Positions 1-10,367 of a DNA stretch of 64,000 bases are shown here, in pieces; position 1 is the stretch's first letter, and each line of letters starts with the position of its first letter. Position numbers and translations under genes: made by a program. The notes below the pieces were generated by a model. It was not told where the DNA came from. It saw nothing but the letters and a program-made list of their open reading frames with translations, and did no database searches. The stretch is from positions 4,640 through 68,639 of IMG/VR virus record IMGVR_UViG_3300046740_000391; one strand, 5' to 3'. This DNA comes from a virus.

Positions 1-2
1 AC

Positions 3-3000
3 GACCTCCGTTTCGACCTGTTCGGCGACAACACGATCGACATGGTCGCGGGCGGCGCGGGCGGGCACTCGCTCGGGGCCATCAGCGCGAATACGTGGTA
101 CACGGTCCAGTTCTGGATCGACGGCACGGCCCACACCGGAGGCTGGAGCCTCGACGGCGTCACGCAGGGTGCGCCGCCAGTCAGCGTCAGCAGCTCCACG
201 TTCAGCACCCTCGTCCTGGGCCACACCTCGGCGGTGTCGGTCGGTGCATACAGCCTCTACTTCGACGACATCCTCGTCACCCTCAACACCGGCGACTACC
301 CGTTCGCCCAGGGCTACGACGGCCCCTCGGACACATGGGTTCTGGGTGCCTACCGGACCGCCGACGACACGCTGACCATTACGACCGCCCCGGTTGGTGC
401 CAGGAGCCTCGTTCGCACTGCCTCCGACACTGTCACGCTCGCCTACGCACCTACCGTTCTAGCCGACTCTCCGTCCGCCTATTACCGGATGGGCGACGCG
501 AGCGGCCCGACGGTCACGGCCACCGTCGGCAACAACCTGACGGCCACCGGGTCTCCGACCTTCGGAGCCCCGGGCCTGCTGACGGGCGACGCCAACAAGG
601 CCATGACGTTCGTCGCGGCGTCCACGCAGGAGGTGACTGGCAGCGACTCCGGGTTGCCTACGGGGAACAATCCGTGGACGGTTGAGACGTGGATCAAGAC
701 CAGCTCGGCGACTGAGCAAGGGCTGGTCATCTGGGGCGTTCAAGACGGTGGCGGTCACGAAGGTGGTGGCCTTGGCCTCTATCTCGGCGCGATCGTACTC
801 AACAACTCGACCAACTTCAACTTCTTCGGCAGCACCCACACGATCGACGACAACGTCCGCCATCACGTCGTCCTGACATGGGACGGCACGACGATGCTGG
901 CCTACAAGGACGGGGCGCAGATCGGTAGCGGTTATGCCCCCGGCGCGCTGAACGTCACCCTCAATGGGACGCTGTGGCTCGCCTTTAGAAACTCCCTCTA
1001 CCTCGACGGCACGATGGACGAGGTCGCGATCTACCCGTCGTGCCTGACGCCGACGCGGATCGCCCAGCACTACACCATGGGCAGCAACGGTGTTGCTGAC
1101 ACCCAGAACCTCGTCCGCACCGCCTCCGATGCCGTCGCCGTTCACACTGGGCGTCTAGGGGCCCCGCCGACCGCTGTTCTCGACTGCGGCGGCGAGGCGG
1201 CGAGCGAGCCCGGTACGCCGTCGCACTGGTCGTCCACATCGGGCACGGTCACGAAGGACACGACCCACGTTCGGTCGGGCACCAGTGCGCTCAAGATGCT
1301 GGCGGTGGGTGACTCCAAAGTCACCCACACACTATCGGCTGGCCAGCGTCATCTCGTCGGCAGGTTCTCGGTCTGGCTGCCATCGACTCCAGCAGGCAAC
1401 GCCACCATCGTTCAGTGGAACGATGGCGTCGCCACGCGCTTCCTCTACCGCGACCCGGACACCTTCCTCTACATGGACTTCGGACAGTCCACGCTGCCCT
1501 TCCCGCTCGACCAGTGGGTCACCATCGACTTCCACCTCGACACGACGGCGAACCCGCACGTCTGGGACTGGAAGATCAACGGCGTCGCGCAGACGCAGAA
1601 GACCCGTGCCGCCGCCGCATCCGACATCGTCAGCGTCGCGTTCCAAGCAGAGAACACCGGGCTCGATACCTGGTTCGACGACATCGCGCTCAGCTACACC
1701 GCCGGGGACTATCCGATCCCTAATGGTGAGGCTCTCGGGACTGCGCCTGAGTCATGGCTGACCTACGAGCAGACCCAGACCACCAAGAACCTCGTCAGGA
1801 CTGCCTCCGACACGCTGACGGTCGCCACTTCGGTCGCGCGGACCGGCACGTTCCTGCGGACCACGGGAACGTACCGACCCACCGTCCTGGCCGACAGCCC
1901 GGTCGCCTACTGGCAGTTGGGCGAGGCGAGCGGTAACCCGCAGGACTCGTCGGGCAACGGCCATAACGTCACAGTCGTCGGCGGCACGCCGACCTACGGG
2001 CAGACGGGACCGATCGTCGGTACGACCGCGATCGCGTTCAACGGCACGACCGACTACTTCACGGCTCCGAACGATCCGGGCTTCGACGTCGGCGATGTGT
2101 TCACGGAGGAGGCGTGGATCATCCCCGGGGCGACCGGCGCGAGTCGCGGCGTTATCGGCATGGGCGGCGCTCAGTATCTGCGCGTTCTGAACACGGGCGA
2201 ACTGACACTCTCGGCCGAGAACTCGGGGATCATCGTCAGATCGACGGTCAACCCGACGGCGTCAGCCTGGAACCACGTCGTCGCCACAAAGAACGGCGCG
2301 ACGGTCAAGCTCTACATCAACGGCGCGGACGTGACCGGCACCGTCACGAACCAGACATTCGCGCCCTTCGCTGGCATCCTCCACATCGGTCAGGGGAACA
2401 GCGGGACCGAGTTCTTCAACGGTTCCATCGGACAGGTCGCCGTCTACAACTACGCCCTGACGGCTGCGCAAGTGCGCGCTCACTACACCGCTGGCGGCGA
2501 CGCACTGGCGGCCAGCGACGCGGCTGTTGGGGTCGTAACAGCGTCCGGCGCCAGTCGCACAGCGGCTGACGCGGTTACCACATCGGATGCCGTCACCCGG
2601 ACCGGGACGTTCAATCGGACGGCGTCCGACACCCTGACGACGGCTACCTCTGTCGGTCGGACTGGCACGTTCAATCGAACGGCCAGCGATGCCGTTACCA
2701 CGTCGGACGCGGTCACCAGGACCCAGACCCTCAACCGGACGGCGTCGGACACCCTGACGATCGCCACCTCCGTTGCCCGGACTGGATCGTTCCATCCGAC
2801 AGCGGCCGATGCCCTGACCACCAGCGACGCGGTTGCACGAACGGGCTCGTTCAATCGCACTGCTTCCGACACGCTCACGATCGCCACCTCGGCGACCGCA
2901 CTCGGCCCTCGCACTGCCTCGGACGCGGTCACGACGTCGGATGCGGTTAGTCGGACCGGTACGTTCACAAGGACCGAGTCCGACACCCTGACGGTCGCCA

Positions 3001-4025
3001 CTTCGGTGGCCAGGACCGGCACGTTCACCAGAACCGCCAGTGACACGGTCACGATCGCCACTTCGGTGGCCAGGACCGGCACGTTTATCAGGACCGCCAG
3101 TGATGCGGTTACGACGTCGGATGCGATCGTTGGAGTCAAGTCCCTCAATCGCACGGCGTCGGATGCTGTCGCAACGTCCGATTCCGTCGCGCGAACGGGT
3201 ACGTTCAATCGCACTGCCTCCGACACGCTCACGGTCGCCACGAGCGATACGGCGATCAAGGGCCGATCGGTCACTGTCAGCGACACGCTCACCACAGCTG
3301 ACTCGGTTGCACGAACGGGCTCGTTCAACCGCACAGCGTCCGATGCGGTCACCACATCCGACTCGGCCACTGAGTCCACCAGCCGTTCGCGGACTGCATC
3401 AGACGCTGTCGTTACAAGTAGTGCGGTCGCGCGGACGGGCAGCTTCCAACGCACAGAAACGGACGCTGTCAGCACAGCCGACGCCGTTACTCGCACGGGG
3501 TCGTTCCATCGAACGGCTGCGGATAGTGTTTCCACTGCCGACGCGATTGTCGCCGTGGTGGCGAACTACTCATTTACCGCACAGGCCATTGTCAAGCGCA
3601 CAGTAACCGCTACACTGTCCGCTGACGCCGTCCTGTTGCAGGCGCCGACCGCCAGCTTCACAGCTGACGCCGTACAACTGAAGACCGCTCTCACTTCATT
3701 CACCGCCGACGCGGTGTTTGGAACAACCCGAACGGCCGGGGTGACGATTGATGCGGTCCTTCTTTCCCCTCAGACGGGTTCGTTTACCGCCGATGCGCTC
3801 ATCCTCGGCGGGTCGGGCAGCTTCACAGCTGACGCGTTCATCAACCTCAATATTTCGAGAAGCTTCGTTGCCGCGGCCTTCATTCTCGCCGCGCCCACCC
3901 AGTTCGAGCCGATCGATGGACTCAACACGGCGGACATGATCGCGGGTCCGTTGGTGGCGGATCTGATCTCGGGTCCCCTCACCGCCGACGTGATCGTTGG
4001 TCCGCTGGCGGCCGACCGGCCATGA
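3..4025 (+). CDS. Large Thr/Ser-rich fibre or head-appendage protein with LamG/ConA-like domains, 20-aa RTASD repeats and C-terminal FTADA repeats; 5' truncated
   Basis: Frame is open from nt 3. Two LamG-like units (PTVLADSP.AY..HVV.T..G...Y..G..G....VA.Y..LT...HY). Repeats of type RTASDTLTxATSVARTGTF. Confidence 0.75.
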   Translation, partial: DLRFDLFGDNTIDMVAGGAGGHSLGAISANTWYTVQFWIDGTAHTGGWSLDGVTQGAPPVSVSSSTFSTLVLGHTSAVSVGAYSLYFDDILVTLNTGDYPFAQGYDGPSDTWVLGAYRTADDTLTITTAPVGARSLVRTASDTVTLAYAPTVLADSPSAYYRMGDASGPTVTATVGNNLTATGSPTFGAPGLLTGDANKAMTFVAASTQEVTGSDSGLPTGNNPWTVETWIKTSSATEQGLVIWGVQDGGGHEGGGLGLYLGAIVLNNSTNFNFFGSTHTIDDNVRHHVVLTWDGTTMLAYKDGAQIGSGYAPGALNVTLNGTLWLAFRNSLYLDGTMDEVAIYPSCLTPTRIAQHYTMGSNGVADTQNLVRTASDAVAVHTGRLGAPPTAVLDCGGEAASEPGTPSHWSSTSGTVTKDTTHVRSGTSALKMLAVGDSKVTHTLSAGQRHLVGRFSVWLPSTPAGNATIVQWNDGVATRFLYRDPDTFLYMDFGQSTLPFPLDQWVTIDFHLDTTANPHVWDWKINGVAQTQKTRAAAASDIVSVAFQAENTGLDTWFDDIALSYTAGDYPIPNGEALGTAPESWLTYEQTQTTKNLVRTASDTLTVATSVARTGTFLRTTGTYRPTVLADSPVAYWQLGEASGNPQDSSGNGHNVTVVGGTPTYGQTGPIVGTTAIAFNGTTDYFTAPNDPGFDVGDVFTEEAWIIPGATGASRGVIGMGGAQYLRVLNTGELTLSAENSGIIVRSTVNPTASAWNHVVATKNGATVKLYINGADVTGTVTNQTFAPFAGILHIGQGNSGTEFFNGSIGQVAVYNYALTAAQVRAHYTAGGDALAASDAAVGVVTASGASRTAADAVTTSDAVTRTGTFNRTASDTLTTATSVGRTGTFNRTASDAVTTSDAVTRTQTLNRTASDTLTIATSVARTGSFHPTAADALTTSDAVARTGSFNRTASDTLTIATSATALGPRTASDAVTTSDAVSRTGTFTRTESDTLTVATSVARTGTFTRTASDTVTIATSVARTGTFIRTASDAVTTSDAIVGVKSLNRTASDAVATSDSVARTGTFNRTASDTLTVATSDTAIKGRSVTVSDTLTTADSVARTGSFNRTASDAVTTSDSATESTSRSRTASDAVVTSSAVARTGSFQRTETDAVSTADAVTRTGSFHRTAADSVSTADAIVAVVANYSFTAQAIVKRTVTATLSADAVLLQAPTASFTADAVQLKTALTSFTADAVFGTTRTAGVTIDAVLLSPQTGSFTADALILGGSGSFTADAFINLNISRSFVAAAFILAAPTQFEPIDGLNTADMIAGPLVADLISGPLTADVIVGPLAADRP
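2557..3560 (+). repeat. Coding tandem repeat, about 60 bp / 20 aa (RTASD(T/A)(L/V)TxxxSVARTG(T/S)F)
   Basis: Near-identical 60-bp units around 2981-3110; more diverged copies on both sides. Confidence 0.9.
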
Positions 4026-4059
4026 GACTGAACGTTCTTGAGCAGATTGAGGTCGACCT

Positions 4060-4371
4060 GTGACCCTAGTTTTAGTTCAGGGCGATACGGCTCCGGCGAT
4101 CAACACCACGATCGTCAAGCAGTTGGATCAGTCCGTCGTTGATCTCACAGGCTCTGCCGTGCGCTTCCAGATGCGAAAGCCCGACGACAGGCGGTTCACC
4201 GTCAACGCAATGGCCACGATCGTCAACCCAGCAGCCGGAACGGTGACCTACTCCTGGGCGACGAACGATCTCTCGGTGCCCGGTGAATACGTTGTGCAGT
4301 GGGAGGTCACCTACCCCGACACCCGGATCCAGACGACGTCACAGGAAACAGTGACCGTCCGACGGCAGTAG
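4060..4371 (+). CDS. BppU-N-like / Ig-like virion adaptor protein
   Basis: QGDT.P...VDLTG..V.F.M...G.V.Y.W...DL...G.Y...EVT pattern. Confidence 0.65.
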   Translation: MTLVLVQGDTAPAINTTIVKQLDQSVVDLTGSAVRFQMRKPDDRRFTVNAMATIVNPAAGTVTYSWATNDLSVPGEYVVQWEVTYPDTRIQTTSQETVTVRRQ

Positions 4372-4379
4372 GAGGGATC

Positions 4380-5456
4380 ATGGCGACGACACAGACCGAT
4401 CCCAATAGTGGGACTCACCACAGGCACGGCCTGACGGCGACAGACACACAGATCAAGGGGCTCGCCTCCACAACCTCGCTCGCCACCGAGGTCTCGGCTC
4501 GTGCTCTTGCCGACGGGAAGCTTCAGGCGGCGATCGATGCCCTCACCGCTCGGGTCGCAATTCTTGAGGGTGACGCGGTTCCGCCACCGGTCATCGTCCC
4601 GCCCGACCCAGGGATCCCCGGTCCCATCCCGGTGGGCACGACACCGCCCAAGGCGATGCGAGACATCATCGCGACGGGCGGAGACGCGACAGCAGCAACG
4701 ATCAGTTGGCTCCGCAGCGCGCCGACCCTGGACCTCGACGGGCTCAAGCCGAAGGTCAAGCAGCTCGACATGCTGGGCTGGAAGGACGCGTCCCTGACCT
4801 CGGCAGCTCCTGGCGCACAGATCATTCAGACGACGGCAAGCCTGCCCACGGGCCCCGGTCTCGCCGCCAACCTGTGGTGGCTCCACGGCGGCTGCGCCAA
4901 CCTCTCCTTCAGCAAGATCGGCTTCGTGGGCGCGAGCGACGGCAAGCCCGTCACCCACGAGTACAACCACTGCTTCGCTGCCGCGGTCCATGGCCTGACG
5001 ATCACCGACTGCACCATCGACCACTTCGGCGGCGACGGCATCTACTGCGATGGCGACACTCAGTGGACGACGGACGCGAAGATCCTCCGCAACGTCATCA
5101 CCTATTGCGGGCGCATGGGCCTCGGTGTCGCGAACGGACTCGAACGGGCAGTCGTCAGCGGCAACACGTTCGATGTGTTCGGCTGGTACGCGACGATGGA
5201 TATCGAGCCCAACTGCGCGCCGGTCGGCGGCAAGGCTCCCCTCTTCGCCAACATTGAGTTCTCGGGCAACAAGATCGGGCGCGGCAATGCCTCCAAGTGG
5301 ACCTGGGTGGACACGAAGGCGAGTTGCAACGCCGGTGCCTATGGCGCGGTCCTGTCCAACGTCGTGGTCAAGGACAACGTGACCATGTACGCGGACACGC
5401 CGTGGAACGTGGTCAACAGCTACGGCTCGGTCGTGTCGTTCAGCAACAACCATTGA
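4380..5456 (+). CDS. Fibre or spike with short coiled coil and right-handed beta-helix (pectate-lyase-like)
   Basis: AGGAGGGATC RBS; GGDGIY, CGRMG and DIEPN beta-helix motifs; Pro-rich linker. Confidence 0.7.
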   Translation: MATTQTDPNSGTHHRHGLTATDTQIKGLASTTSLATEVSARALADGKLQAAIDALTARVAILEGDAVPPPVIVPPDPGIPGPIPVGTTPPKAMRDIIATGGDATAATISWLRSAPTLDLDGLKPKVKQLDMLGWKDASLTSAAPGAQIIQTTASLPTGPGLAANLWWLHGGCANLSFSKIGFVGASDGKPVTHEYNHCFAAAVHGLTITDCTIDHFGGDGIYCDGDTQWTTDAKILRNVITYCGRMGLGVANGLERAVVSGNTFDVFGWYATMDIEPNCAPVGGKAPLFANIEFSGNKIGRGNASKWTWVDTKASCNAGAYGAVLSNVVVKDNVTMYADTPWNVVNSYGSVVSFSNNH

Positions 5457-5477
5457 CCCAACCCTCGGAGGGATCGA

Positions 5478-6722
5478 GTGGCGAAGGTTCTTTGGCTCGG
5501 CGACGCCGGTTGTCATACCGGTTTCGCTCGGGTCACTCATTCGATTGGCGAGCGTCTCGTCCGTGATTACGGTCACGAGATCCACGTTCTCGCCTACAAC
5601 TTTCGCGGTGACGCATGGCCGTCGCTGCTCTATCCGGACCAGCAGTCCTCGCTGAGGCTGTATCGGCCCAATGCGATCAACGCGACCGACGTGTGGGGAA
5701 AGAGCCGCCACATCGAGATGCTCGCGAAGATCGAACCGGACGTTGTGGTCATGCTCCACGACGCCCAGTTGCTGTTGAACTTGTTGTTCGAGAACCAGTT
5801 CGACAAGGACAACATCTTCATCAAGTACCGGCCGATCATCACCTACATCCCGATCGACAGCTACAACCGGCCTCCGGGCTGGAGCACGCTGCTGACGAAG
5901 ACCACCAACGCCGTGGCCATGAGCAAGTTCGGTCAGGAGTCGATGCCTGGCTCACAGCTTGTCTACCACGGCGTGGACACCGATCGCTTCTATCGAGTCA
6001 GCAAGGACCGGCCGATCACCACCAGCTCGGGCATCGTCTGCACGTCCAAGACGGACTGCAAACGGGCGTTCGGCTGGGACCCTGACGACTTCTGGATCCT
6101 GCGCGTGGACAAGAACTCGGGGCGCAAGGATTTTGGCGCAACGATCCGCGCGGTCTGGCCCGTGATGAAGCGGCACAAGAACGTGCACATGCATCTGCAC
6201 ACGACGTCAGGCCGGAGCCAAGAGGACGCACTGCTAATCACGGACATGCTCACTCGTGAGCCTGACGTACACGATCGGTTCAGTCTCCCCGGGCTGCACA
6301 ACAGCTTCGAGGGCTGGCCCGAGGAGGATCTGGTCGCGCTGTACAACGCAGCCGACCTGTTCGTTTCCACCTCGCGCGGCGAGGGCTATGGGTTGACGCT
6401 GGCCGAGGCCGCAGCGTGCGGTCTCCCCATCGTGGCCCAGAACGTGTCGGCCATCCCCGAGGTTGTGGGACCCGGCGGGATCTTGGTCGAGCCGCAACGC
6501 TTGATCACCACCCCGAACGGCTCGGATCTCTGGCTCGCCGACGTCGATGCCTTCACCGACGCCATCGAGAGGATCTACGGCTCCAGGGGCGCTCAGCGCG
6601 ACCTGGGCGAGGCAGCTCGGGCCCACGTTGCTCAGTTCAGCTGGGACGACGCGACCACGTCGTTCAACACCTACATCAACTCTCTCGCGACCTGGGAAGA
6701 ACCCGCGGTCGCAGCCGTATAG
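5478..6722 (+). CDS. Glycosyltransferase, GT4 (GT-B fold)
   Basis: TGFARVT, YHGVDT, RKD, LYNAADLFVSTSRGEGYGLTLAEAAACGLPIV, FSWD. Confidence 0.92.
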   Translation: MAKVLWLGDAGCHTGFARVTHSIGERLVRDYGHEIHVLAYNFRGDAWPSLLYPDQQSSLRLYRPNAINATDVWGKSRHIEMLAKIEPDVVVMLHDAQLLLNLLFENQFDKDNIFIKYRPIITYIPIDSYNRPPGWSTLLTKTTNAVAMSKFGQESMPGSQLVYHGVDTDRFYRVSKDRPITTSSGIVCTSKTDCKRAFGWDPDDFWILRVDKNSGRKDFGATIRAVWPVMKRHKNVHMHLHTTSGRSQEDALLITDMLTREPDVHDRFSLPGLHNSFEGWPEEDLVALYNAADLFVSTSRGEGYGLTLAEAAACGLPIVAQNVSAIPEVVGPGGILVEPQRLITTPNGSDLWLADVDAFTDAIERIYGSRGAQRDLGEAARAHVAQFSWDDATTSFNTYINSLATWEEPAVAAV

Positions 6723-6766
6723 GGCGCTGGAGGCGAAGGCCGACCCAGCTACCCCGAGGAGACCAC

Positions 6767-8080
6767 ATGGACCTCATCCAGACATCAGTTGATGACGTGC
6801 TGGGCGGCAGCACCTTCCAGATCTTCTCGGGGATCTTGAAGTCCAGCCGCAGCTCGGACGGCAAGATGAGGCTCCACGGTGTCGCGTCATCGACGACCAA
6901 GGACCTCCACGGCGACACGATGGAGCAGTCCGCGCTCGAAGACATGGAGCGCGCCGCCAACAACAACCTCACCATCTTCCTCAACCACAGCTACGAGGTC
7001 CCCGAGGACGTCGCTGGCTCAGTCGAGAGCGCCCGTCTCACCACCCGTGGTGCAGATCATGTGGGCAATCCGAACTACGACCTCGACTTCGACATCCTCA
7101 TCAATGACGCCAACCCGCGTGCGGTGAAGGCGTTCGAGGCCATCGAGAAGGGCACGAAGCTCGGTCTCTCGATCGGTGCACTCATCCCCGACGGCGGAGC
7201 GATCCGCGAGAAGAAGTCGGGCAGCTACCTCATTCAGCACGTCGAGTTGCTGGAGACCAGCCTGGTCGGCATCCCGGCCAACCCGCGCAGCTGGGTGGAG
7301 TACGCAGCCAAGAGCCTCCGGGCCACCGAGAAGGACGCCACCACGGTGCCGATCGGTCAGCCCACGCTCACGCTGGACGGTCCCAACTACACGATCCATG
7401 GCACGCTCGACACCAACACCTTCACTCCCTCGACCACAGCGAGCACCACGACCACCTGGGTCGACCAGTGGCCGGACGGTCGCCCCGATCATCCGATCGA
7501 CGACGTGGTCGCTGGGGTCGACGCTGATGTCACCAAGATGCCGGACGCATGTCCGACCTGCGGCAAGGGCCGTGACGGTGGCGGGGACTGCTCGGACGGT
7601 TACCACTCCAACTGGAGCAAGGACGCCGAGCCCGACGTGACCGATGCCCAGGTCACCATCATTCAGATCGATACGGGGGACGGGGACTCAGCGAGTGATC
7701 CCGCTCCTGTCGATAAGCCGCAGGAAGGTCAGTCGACCGATCCCGACGGCGATTACGTCGCCTCCGGTGGCGATGCTGTGACGGCTTCGGCCGATCCCAC
7801 GAGCCAGATCCTTGACCTCCTGCGTTCGACCACTGGCGAGTTGGTCGACGCTCGGGCCAAGGTCGCTGAGCTTGGGGTCCAGCTTTCCGCCCTCCAGAGC
7901 GAACGTGACACCGCTCTCAGTGAGCGCGACGCCGTGCTCAAGGGGACGAAGGAGATCCTCGACCAAGTCGCCAATTCACCCCTCGTTCGGCGAGCGGTAG
8001 TTGAAGGCGCCCAACACGAACTGCACACGCGGTTCTCGGGCTACCTGAGCGACGACCTCATCAAAATGTTGGAGAGATAG
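6767..8080 (+). CDS. HK97-type prohead protease with C-terminal scaffold-like coiled coil
   Basis: GVASSTTKDLHGD, FLNH, GLSIG, LLETSLVGIPANPRS; directly upstream of the capsid gene; RBS before ATG 6767. Confidence 0.88.
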   Translation: MDLIQTSVDDVLGGSTFQIFSGILKSSRSSDGKMRLHGVASSTTKDLHGDTMEQSALEDMERAANNNLTIFLNHSYEVPEDVAGSVESARLTTRGADHVGNPNYDLDFDILINDANPRAVKAFEAIEKGTKLGLSIGALIPDGGAIREKKSGSYLIQHVELLETSLVGIPANPRSWVEYAAKSLRATEKDATTVPIGQPTLTLDGPNYTIHGTLDTNTFTPSTTASTTTTWVDQWPDGRPDHPIDDVVAGVDADVTKMPDACPTCGKGRDGGGDCSDGYHSNWSKDAEPDVTDAQVTIIQIDTGDGDSASDPAPVDKPQEGQSTDPDGDYVASGGDAVTASADPTSQILDLLRSTTGELVDARAKVAELGVQLSALQSERDTALSERDAVLKGTKEILDQVANSPLVRRAVVEGAQHELHTRFSGYLSDDLIKMLER

Positions 8081-8083
8081 GCA

Positions 8084-9409
8084 ATGACCGAGCCGATGGA
8101 TATGACCAGCGTCCAAGAGACGCTGGAGGAGATCCGGAAGTCGCTCGCGGCCCTCAACGCCACCCCGTCATCCGCGCCGGTCGCTCCGGTGACCCGCGGC
8201 ATCGACGACACGGCGACCCCGGCCCCGGGCAGCAACCGGCAGTTCCTGTCGCGTGGCGACATTGGCGCGCTGCGCCAGAACGTCCGCTACAAGGCCAACG
8301 GCGAGCTTCGCACGATCCCCGAGATCCACGCGATGCTGGCCTCGCAGTCCGAAGAGCGCAATACCGGTGTGCCGGTCGACCAGTGGCTCAACGCGGGCGG
8401 CTATGCCACCCAGCAGGCCGCGATGTCGAACCAGCTCATCCAGAAGGCTGTCGACAGCTCGGGCGTGTCCGCGCTGATCCGGCAGGACCTGGAGCCGATG
8501 CTCTACGAGCTGTACGTTCGTGAGTTCCCGGCCTTCGAGCGCTTCGCGCGCGAACCAGCCAATGGTCTCGTGCACGCGTTCAACCAGATCACCAGCTTCG
8601 GTTCGGCCAAGTTCATGGCCGAGCTGGGTACCGTGACTGACGACCAGTCGACCTACGTCCGCCAGACGACCAACGTGGCCGTGCTTGCGACCCGGCGTGG
8701 CGTCTCGCTGAAGTCCCAGTTCGCGGTCCTGGCCGGTGGCGCCGGGTACAACCCGGAGTCTCTGGAGCTTCAGGGCGGCCTCCGTGCCATGGCCCACGAG
8801 CTGCAGAAGGCCATCTTCCAGGGCAACTCGGCCAACTCTGGCGGCACCGCGTCGAGCGACTTCGGTCTCTACGACGCCAACGCTTTCCAGGGTCTCCGTT
8901 GGACGCTCACCACGAGCCGCGTGCAGAACGCCGACCCGACCGCCGGTACCCCCGACGACATGCGGACGGCAATCGATCGCGCCTCCGAGCAGATCATGGA
9001 GCAGGGCGGCCGCGCCAACATCATCTGGTGCCACCCGCACGAGAAGGTCAGCTTCGACCTGCAGCAGGACAAGAACGTCCGGTACATGAACTCGTTCGTC
9101 GACGTCGCTCCTGGCGTCGTGACGAACGCGGTCAACACCGTGTTCGGCCCCCTGCCGCTCGCGATCGTGCCGGGCGACTCGATCGGCACCTACAACGCGG
9201 CGAACTACTCCAGCAACCTCGTTCGGGACATGTATGTCCTCGACGAGTCGGCCATCTCGCTTCCGTACCTCGGTTCGGAAGGCCCGACGGTCCTGGAGAT
9301 CCCCGTGGGTATCTCGGGTCAGCTGACCCGGCTGTACATCGTGTTCGGGATGTGGGGCCTCGCCGTCAAGGCGATCCCGTTCTCGAACAAGGTGCGCATC
9401 AAGCAGTAA
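8084..9409 (+). CDS. Major capsid protein (HK97 fold)
   Basis: Position after protease, 441 aa, ALIRQDLEP and AIFQGN...FQGL motifs, strong codon bias, terminator behind it. Confidence 0.88.
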   Translation: MTEPMDMTSVQETLEEIRKSLAALNATPSSAPVAPVTRGIDDTATPAPGSNRQFLSRGDIGALRQNVRYKANGELRTIPEIHAMLASQSEERNTGVPVDQWLNAGGYATQQAAMSNQLIQKAVDSSGVSALIRQDLEPMLYELYVREFPAFERFAREPANGLVHAFNQITSFGSAKFMAELGTVTDDQSTYVRQTTNVAVLATRRGVSLKSQFAVLAGGAGYNPESLELQGGLRAMAHELQKAIFQGNSANSGGTASSDFGLYDANAFQGLRWTLTTSRVQNADPTAGTPDDMRTAIDRASEQIMEQGGRANIIWCHPHEKVSFDLQQDKNVRYMNSFVDVAPGVVTNAVNTVFGPLPLAIVPGDSIGTYNAANYSSNLVRDMYVLDESAISLPYLGSEGPTVLEIPVGISGQLTRLYIVFGMWGLAVKAIPFSNKVRIKQ

Positions 9410-9416
9410 CCACCTC

Positions 9417-9455
9417 AGGAGGGCCTGCGGTGGCACCCGTGGGCCCTCCTCTTTT
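9417..9455 (+). terminator. Intrinsic terminator after the capsid gene
   Basis: AGGAGGGCCTGCGG / CCGTGGGCCCTCCT stem followed by CTTTT. Confidence 0.8.
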
Positions 9456-9470
9456 CCGCGGAAGGCTGCG

Positions 9471-10367
9471 ATGTACCTGACGCCCGAACGTTTTCGTACG
9501 ATGGGCTTCGGGATCGACCTGTCGGATCCCGAGAGTCCCAACGACATCGAGATCCGCTCCGTGATCCAGCGCGCCACAGCGGCTGTCAATACGTACTGCT
9601 GTGTGCCCATGGTTCCGCAGCAGTTCGACTTCCGCGGCGGCACGATCGTTGGCGAGGCCCATGAGTGGTCCGTCAGCGCGTATGACCTGCCGCGACCGTA
9701 CCGCTACTGGCCGATCTGCCAGCCGGTCAAGACGGTGGACCAGTTCAGGATCTATGCGACCCCGAACATCTACACCGAGATCGCGACCGCGGACATGTTC
9801 ATCAACAACAACCAGAGCTACATCGAGGTCAGCTCCCTGGTGCTCACCCAGTACGGCATCTTCGGTGCTGGGGTGGTCCAGACCCTGATCGGGATGTACA
9901 ACCCGGTGGCCAAGGCCAACTACACCTACGGCTGGGAGTTCCCGGTCACGGGCGAGATCCTTGAGCCGACGGACGCTTGGACCTATCGAGCGCAGAACCA
10001 ATTCTGGATCGGCGTTCCGGAAGTCCGCCTCAACGGCATCGTTCAGACAGTGGGCTTCACCGTGGACTCCACTGAGGGGACGGTGATTTTCGCCACGCCG
10101 CTCGCTCCGAGCGACCTCGTCACGTGCAGCTATACCTATCCCCTGCCGCCCGCTGTTGCGCAGGCCACGGGGATGATCGCTGCGGACATCCTGGGCGAAC
10201 GCCTCTTGGCCGCCAAGGAGATGATCGGCGTGGCGGAAATCACCGCAGGCGAGATCACGATCAGGCGACAGCGCCTGGGCGGATCCTCGACCACCGCTTC
10301 GATCCCGGCCATCTCGACGTCGAGTCAGCTGCTGCTCTCGCCGTTCATCTTCCAGACAGGACGGTGA
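9471..10367 (+). CDS. Head-to-tail adaptor with an inserted small beta domain
   Basis: MYLTPE..., IQRATAAVNTYC, YTYG, LPPAVAQAT; position after capsid. Confidence 0.72.
   Translation: MYLTPERFRTMGFGIDLSDPESPNDIEIRSVIQRATAAVNTYCCVPMVPQQFDFRGGTIVGEAHEWSVSAYDLPRPYRYWPICQPVKTVDQFRIYATPNIYTEIATADMFINNNQSYIEVSSLVLTQYGIFGAGVVQTLIGMYNPVAKANYTYGWEFPVTGEILEPTDAWTYRAQNQFWIGVPEVRLNGIVQTVGFTVDSTEGTVIFATPLAPSDLVTCSYTYPLPPAVAQATGMIAADILGERLLAAKEMIGVAEITAGEITIRRQRLGGSSTTASIPAISTSSQLLLSPFIFQTGR

Noticed and set aside
2557-3560. 60-bp periodic repeats as a CRISPR array or DGR template
   Set aside because: They are in-frame coding repeats with synonymous variation. There are no unique spacers and no cas or reverse transcriptase gene.
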